DNA of 64,000 nucleotides from an uncultured archaeon. Its GTDB lineage: Archaea; Thermoplasmatota; Thermoplasmata; Thermoplasmatales; Thermoplasmataceae. Position numbers and translations under genes: made by a program. A model generated the notes under the pieces. The model saw only the letters and a list, made by a program, of their open reading frames with translations, searched no databases and was not told where the DNA came from. The stretch is from assembly GCA_000965745.1 (NCBI GenBank), contig CP009479.1, positions 1,152,001 to 1,216,000 on the forward strand, given 5' to 3'. Below are positions 58,930-64,000 of this stretch, in pieces (position 1 is the stretch's first letter; each line of letters starts with the position of its first letter).

Positions 58930-59367
58930 ATGTTGGATGGGTATATAGCACTGCTGATAACGCTGGTGCTGATGGTACTTTCCCTCTATGCCATTTTTGC
59001 AATATTACCCTCAATTTCCAAGAAAAGGTACGATCCATCGGGCAAAATCAGTTTCAAGTTCGCGGATGTTCTCAAAAATCTTGTCAATGAATCTAACCCC
59101 CCTGTCAAGGATACCAGATACCTGGAACCTTACGAATCCGGTGAGGTTGCCAAAGGTGACCTTGGCAAATACGTGAACGTCCAGTATTATATCGTGATTC
59201 TGCTTTTCGCTCTCTTTGATATTGATATGGCGCTGCTGCTGCCATGGGCATTCGACTTCAAGTATCTTGGCCTTATTCCTTTCATTGAGACCCTGCTTTT
59301 CCTCTCCATGCCCATGTTTGCGGTATTCTATGCCATGAAGGAAGGATATTTGAGGTGGTTGAAATGA
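58930..59367 (+). CDS. nuoA: Complex I-like subunit A
   Basis: [24 protein letters not shown]. Confidence 0.9.
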   Translation: MLDGYIALLITLVLMVLSLYAIFAILPSISKKRYDPSGKISFKFADVLKNLVNESNPPVKDTRYLEPYESGEVAKGDLGKYVNVQYYIVILLFALFDIDMALLLPWAFDFKYLGLIPFIETLLFLSMPMFAVFYAMKEGYLRWLK

Positions 59368-59828
59368 AAACCGGTGATATGGGGGTCATCACAACTACGA
59401 TTGAAAAGGCCCTTGAATGGGGAAGGAGCAACTCTCTATGGCCGCTTACTTTTGGGCTGGCCTGCTGCGCCATTGAAATGATGGCAACGCAGGCATCGAA
59501 TCTGGATATTTCCAGGTTCGGCAGTGAAATATTCAGAAATTCACCCAGGCAGTCTGATCTCATGATAGTTTCGGGGACTGTTACCAAAAAAATGGCACCA
59601 AGGGTCAGGAGGCTGTATGATGAAATGCCCTACCCGAAATATGCCATAGCAATGGGTGTATGTGTTATCCAGGGTGGGCCATACAATCAGGGTTATTCTG
59701 TCGTGCTTGGAGTCGATAAGGTGATTCCTGTTGACGTTTACGTACCGGGCTGCCCTCCGACCCCTGAGGCGTTGACATACGGAATAGTTACTCTTCAGAA
59801 GAAGATCAGGGGAGAAACCGACAGGTGA
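59355..59828 (+). CDS. nuoB: Complex I-like subunit B
   Basis: [20 protein letters not shown]. Confidence 0.96.
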   Translation: MVEMKTGDMGVITTTIEKALEWGRSNSLWPLTFGLACCAIEMMATQASNLDISRFGSEIFRNSPRQSDLMIVSGTVTKKMAPRVRRLYDEMPYPKYAIAMGVCVIQGGPYNQGYSVVLGVDKVIPVDVYVPGCPPTPEALTYGIVTLQKKIRGETDR

Positions 59829-60292
59829 TTTCAGTGGCTGAAATACTTGAAGAGACTAAAGGAAAAGACGGGAGAAGAATACTGAAAGTCGATAAGGACA
59901 ATTTTCTTCAGTTAATGGAAGAGCTGAAAGAGCAGGGGTTTGATCATCTGTCCCTGATAACCGCTGTCGACTGGAGGGATAGGATAGAACTAGTCTATCA
60001 CCTTCACAATATGGAAAATGACAATTATGTGGTCGTAAAATCAGACACCCTCAACAACGTATTTCCGAGCGTAGTGCATCTCTGGACCAGTGCAGACTGG
60101 GAAGAAAGAGAGCAGTGGGACATGATGGGTGTGTGGTTTGACGGTCATGCCAACCTGAGGAGGCTTTTCCTCCCGGAGAGCTGGACCGGGCATCCACTTA
60201 GGAAAAATTACGATCTCAGCAAAGTACAGTACATCAATATGGACGATGAGGGAAACGATTACGCCACATTCGATCCGGGAGATGGTTGGTGA
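59825..60292 (+). CDS. nuoC: Complex I-like subunit C
   Basis: [19 protein letters not shown]. Confidence 0.93.
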   Translation: MISVAEILEETKGKDGRRILKVDKDNFLQLMEELKEQGFDHLSLITAVDWRDRIELVYHLHNMENDNYVVVKSDTLNNVFPSVVHLWTSADWEEREQWDMMGVWFDGHANLRRLFLPESWTGHPLRKNYDLSKVQYINMDDEGNDYATFDPGDGW

Positions 60293-61413
60293 TGACAGAG
60301 GCCGAAGAGAGGCAGAAATGGGTCGACCTGAACATGGGCCCGCAGCATCCGTCTACCCATGGCGTACTGAGGCTAAAAGTCAAGCTTGACGGCGAGATTG
60401 TAAAGGAACTTGAGCCGGTAATAGGATACCTGCACAGAAATGCTGAAAAGATCTGTGAGCTTGATTATTATTGTGATTCTATTATTTATTTTGACAGGAT
60501 GGACTATGTGGCAGCCATGAACATGGAAGTCGGGTACCTTGAAGCCGCTGAGAAGCTGCTTGGCATACCTCCACCCGAGAGAGTTCAATGGATCAGGGTA
60601 ATCATGGCAGAACTCAGCAGGGTTGCTTCACACCTTGTATGGACCGGCGCCTTCGGGCTGGACCTTGGCATGCTGACCCCATTCTTCTACGCTTTCATCG
60701 AGAGAGAGAAGATTCTGAAGATATTCACGGAAGTATCAGGCTCCAGGCAGGAAGTCAACTATATGAGCATAGGTGGAGTCTATCAGGATTTTAACGAAAA
60801 GATCGTGCAGGAGATCAACGAATTCTGCGACCAGTTCCCCAAGAAGCTCGAGGACATGTACGATCTGTTCACAAAGAATGACATATTCATTTCAAGAAAC
60901 AAGGGCATTGGAGTGCTTCCAAAGGAGGTTGCTCTCGATTATGCAGTTACCGGCCCTATGCTCAGGGCATCAGGGGTTCCGTACGATGTCAGGAAAGCTG
61001 AACCTTATCTCGTATATGACAAAGTGAATTTTGACATACCTGTTTCCCAGAAGGGAGACAATCTCGCAAGGTTCCTCGTAAGGTTTGAGGAGATGAGGCA
61101 ATCGATAAAGATTGTCAAGCAGGCAATTTCAAAACTTCCGGAAGGACCGTTCTTCAACCCTAAGGCAAAGAAATCACTCATGATAAGGCTGAGGGGTGAG
61201 GGTGACGTCTACGCAAGAACGGAATCCTCCAAGGGCGAGCTCGGAGTTTATATCGTCGGCGACGGCTCGGTCAAGCCTTACAGGTTGAGGGTCAGGAGCC
61301 CGACACTGAGAAACCTTTCAGTTCTCAGATATCTTGCAAAGGACCAGATGATAGCGGATGTGGTAGCCATATCCGGGACAATTGATCTGGTATTCGGGGA
61401 GGTCGACAGATGA
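60286..61413 (+). CDS. nuoD: Complex I-like subunit D
   Basis: GPQHPSTHGVLR, GYLHR, DRMDY, GEVDR; no NiFe CxxC motifs. Confidence 0.96.
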   Translation: MVMTEAEERQKWVDLNMGPQHPSTHGVLRLKVKLDGEIVKELEPVIGYLHRNAEKICELDYYCDSIIYFDRMDYVAAMNMEVGYLEAAEKLLGIPPPERVQWIRVIMAELSRVASHLVWTGAFGLDLGMLTPFFYAFIEREKILKIFTEVSGSRQEVNYMSIGGVYQDFNEKIVQEINEFCDQFPKKLEDMYDLFTKNDIFISRNKGIGVLPKEVALDYAVTGPMLRASGVPYDVRKAEPYLVYDKVNFDIPVSQKGDNLARFLVRFEEMRQSIKIVKQAISKLPEGPFFNPKAKKSLMIRLRGEGDVYARTESSKGELGVYIVGDGSVKPYRLRVRSPTLRNLSVLRYLAKDQMIADVVAISGTIDLVFGEVDR

Positions 61414-62456
61414 ACGTACTCTTGAGGCTTGCGAATTTCTTCTCTCCCTTGACACATTATATAGCCTACATCCTGGCATATTTCTTCGAAACTCTATTCA
61501 TGCTGATTTTCATCACAATCTCACTTGTGGCGGTAATATACATCTTCAGAAAATATATGGCAAGGCTCCAGGTTCGCCGTGGTCCAAACAGGGTGGGGAA
61601 ATTCGGCATTTTTCAGATGATCGCTGACATGATGAAACTGGTGCAGAAAGAGTCGATCCTACCGAAGAAGAGGGATGATCTTCCTTACAAGGTGGCACCC
61701 GTTGTCGTCATGCTCGGCCTTTTCCTAGGATTCGCGCTAATGCCTTATGGAAGTTTCTACTACATAGGTTCCCTGACAGTTACCCACTCGTCAGTAAGCC
61801 TTGTCCTTCTAATAGCGGTCATAGCAATAATGCCAATTGGAGAAATACTGGCGGGAATAAGCTCCCACAACAAATATGCAATGGTGGGGGCACTCAGGGC
61901 AGTGGCAAAGGATGTATCGTTCGAAGTTCCGATGATGATCACCATCCTTGCACTTGTAATGATGGCATCAGGCCAGACTTCGTCCCCTCTCAACATAGAT
62001 TCCATAGCTTCAAGCTCCAGGGCATTTATTGCATACGGCCTGGTTCAGCCGATAGGCCTTGGCGTATTCATGATATCCATGATTGCGAGGGCATCCTACA
62101 GTCCGTTTGATCTGGGAGAGAGCGACAGTGAGCTCGTTTCGGGCCACTCAACAGAGTATACTGGGATGAGGTTCGGAATATTCTATGTCGGGCTATTCGG
62201 CAGCATATTCCTGGGGTCCATGATGGTATCCACACTGTATCTCGGTGCATACAACGGGCCCTTCTCCGGGGATGTTGGCTTCATATATCTTGTGATAAAG
62301 ACCTGGATACTTGTCCTGATATCATTTACTATCTGGCTGTCAATGCCAAGAATAAGGATTGACAAATTTGTCAACTTCGGCTGGAAATACCTGCTTCCGG
62401 CATCAGTTATAAATCTGATCCTTGCAGGCATTCTTACACTTGGGTGGTCATTGTGA
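61410..62456 (+). CDS. nuoH: Complex I-like subunit H
   Basis: RRGPNRVG, PFDLGESDSELVSG, PRIRID. Confidence 0.95.
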   Translation: MNVLLRLANFFSPLTHYIAYILAYFFETLFMLIFITISLVAVIYIFRKYMARLQVRRGPNRVGKFGIFQMIADMMKLVQKESILPKKRDDLPYKVAPVVVMLGLFLGFALMPYGSFYYIGSLTVTHSSVSLVLLIAVIAIMPIGEILAGISSHNKYAMVGALRAVAKDVSFEVPMMITILALVMMASGQTSSPLNIDSIASSSRAFIAYGLVQPIGLGVFMISMIARASYSPFDLGESDSELVSGHSTEYTGMRFGIFYVGLFGSIFLGSMMVSTLYLGAYNGPFSGDVGFIYLVIKTWILVLISFTIWLSMPRIRIDKFVNFGWKYLLPASVINLILAGILTLGWSL

Positions 62457-62896
62457 TTGGAATAAAAGAAGTGGAAGAACCAAAAAAGCAGATTCCCATC
62501 GTCGGCTCACTGAAAGGGATCCTTCTGGTTGCGAAGCACCTGTTTGAGAAACCGGCTACTGTTGAGTATCCCGAGACCAAACCTTACATAGCTGAACGAT
62601 TCAAATTCAGGATTTTCCTCAGTCTTGACGACTGTGTCGGCTGCACTCTGTGTGAGCAGGTCTGCCCTAACCTGACTATACATATGCAGCCAGTCGACAG
62701 GGAAAATCCCAGGAACAAGAGAAAAATATACCCTGATGTGAACTTTGGAACATGCACTGTATGCAGGAACTGCGAGGAAATTTGCCCCACCGACGCAATT
62801 TACCTCACCCATGAATTTGAGACTTCCAGGACGAGGAACAGCTTCACCTATTCACCAGAGGAGCTTCAGAATCCGGAGGACGAGGTAAAAAGATGA
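62453..62896 (+). CDS. nuoI: Complex I-like subunit I
   Basis: Two CxxCxxCxxxCP motifs. Confidence 0.93.
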   Translation: MIGIKEVEEPKKQIPIVGSLKGILLVAKHLFEKPATVEYPETKPYIAERFKFRIFLSLDDCVGCTLCEQVCPNLTIHMQPVDRENPRNKRKIYPDVNFGTCTVCRNCEEICPTDAIYLTHEFETSRTRNSFTYSPEELQNPEDEVKR

Positions 62897-63144
62897 TAGC
62901 TTACACTCTGATATTCATAATATTCGCAGCAATACTTGTTCCTCTTGCACTTCAGGCAATAAGGGCAAAGAACCTCGTTCATTCAGGGGTGTACCTGATG
63001 GTCTTCCTGTTTGTGCTCGCATCACTCTTCATATTCCTAGGCGCATCGATTGTGGGAAGCATTGAGCTGCTAGTATATGTTGGTGCAGTGATTACGCTTC
63101 TGATCTTCACTCTTATGCTTACGGGGGGTAAGGAGATTGAATAA
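62893..63144 (+). CDS. nuoJ: Complex I-like subunit J, N-terminal part
   Basis: KNLVHS, ELLVYVGAV. Confidence 0.85.
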   Translation: MIAYTLIFIIFAAILVPLALQAIRAKNLVHSGVYLMVFLFVLASLFIFLGASIVGSIELLVYVGAVITLLIFTLMLTGGKEIE

Positions 63145-63355
63145 GAACCTGTCCAGGCTTGCAGTAATATTCTTCTTCCTGGTATTCTTCTTTGCCATGA
63201 TCCAGATACCCGGAAACTTTGTCCCAACATCTCAGGACATCGCCGGGATTGGGAGGAGCCTGTTCGGGCCATATGTGATAGCCTTCGAGCTTCTGTCGGT
63301 GATACTTGTTGGGGCAATCATTGGAATGTTCTACATCGCCGGGAGGGATGAATAA
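63137..63355 (+). CDS. nuoJ: Complex I-like subunit J, C-terminal part
   Basis: IGRSLFGPYVIAFELLSVIL. Confidence 0.8.
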   Translation: MNKNLSRLAVIFFFLVFFFAMIQIPGNFVPTSQDIAGIGRSLFGPYVIAFELLSVILVGAIIGMFYIAGRDE

Positions 63356-63654
63356 TGCAGATAGAATTCGTGAATGTACTTTCCCTGATACTGTTCAGTA
63401 TAGGCCTGTATGGAGTTATGACGTCCAACATAGGAATCAAGATGCTGATCTCAATTGAGATTCTTCTGAACTCCGCCATTCTGAGCCTCATTGGTGCAGG
63501 CATACTCTTCAACACGAGCAGCCCCCTTGTCTTTGCACTTTTTGTCATTGCCATAGGCGTGATCGAGTCAGTGATCGGCATGAGCCTCATGGCTGCCATA
63601 TACAGAAAATACGGCAAAATCAGCATTTCGCTCATTAAGGAGATAAAGTGGTAA
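63355..63654 (+). CDS. nuoK: Complex I-like subunit K
   Basis: IGLYG, SIEILLNSA, IESVIG. Confidence 0.92.
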   Translation: MQIEFVNVLSLILFSIGLYGVMTSNIGIKMLISIEILLNSAILSLIGAGILFNTSSPLVFALFVIAIGVIESVIGMSLMAAIYRKYGKISISLIKEIKW

Positions 63655-63655
63655 C

Positions 63656-64000
63656 ATGTTTATCTGGGCATGGCTAATATTCATCTTTCCGCTTATCGGG
63701 TTCGTTCTCTCCTGGTCCATAGGCAGATACAGGAAGATGCTTGGCGGTGTGATAGCATCATTCATGGTTGGGCTTTCCCTTCTGGCATCCTATGAGACAT
63801 TTCTCTACGTTAACAGCCTGGGGCACCCTCTGTATCAGAGCTACCAGTGGTTCTACAACATAAAAATTGGAGTTTATGTAGACCACATCACGCTGATAAT
63901 GGTGCTTATGGTTTCCCTAGTGTCGACCATAATCCACCTCTTCACAATGTATTACATGAAGGGGGACCCGGGAAGGCACGTATTCTTTGCTGAAACATCC
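63656..64000 (+). CDS. nuoL: Complex I-like subunit L, N-terminal part, truncated by window end
   Basis: MFIWAWLIFIFPLIG...QWF...VDHITLIM...IHLFTMYYMKGD. Confidence 0.88.
   Translation, partial: MFIWAWLIFIFPLIGFVLSWSIGRYRKMLGGVIASFMVGLSLLASYETFLYVNSLGHPLYQSYQWFYNIKIGVYVDHITLIMVLMVSLVSTIIHLFTMYYMKGDPGRHVFFAETS

Overview
Chromosomal segment of an acidophilic Thermoplasmatales-type archaeon. The evidence is alba, priS, gatDE, an archaeal tRNA-Leu, leaderless TATA promoters, a membrane-anchored S53 sedolisin and a split MetE. (i) 1-6 kb: housekeeping and membrane genes, plus a degenerate IS200/IS605-type end. (ii) 6.2-24.2 kb: an 18-kb alpha-glucan/trehalose cluster with treY-GH57-treZ convergent on glgB-glgE-treS-mak-treX and a divergent GH15 gene. 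This is a complete bacterial-type GlgE pathway plus its reverse arm in an archaeon. (iii) 29.2-36 kb: an AT-rich accessory island anchored at tRNA-Leu(TAA). The tRNA 5' end, not the 3' end, is duplicated together with its promoter and a ~340-bp module. A ~40-bp promoter/start motif recurs four times between cargo blocks (membrane protein, RelBE-like and VapBC pairs, an atypical arsR-acr3-like-TDT operon, a surface protein). The island also has a tRNA-Lys(CTT) 3'-half att relic and no intact integrase. (iv) 37-64 kb: core genes, including lrp, alba, polyprenyl synthase-ArsA/Get3(alpha-crystallin)-small IxI-motif protein, ALDH, metF with split metE, sedolisin, priS, rubrerythrin-DUF3501, ACAD, DUF72, gatDE and the start of a complex I-like operon lacking nuoEFG. 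All assignments come from motif recognition by eye; no database searches were run.
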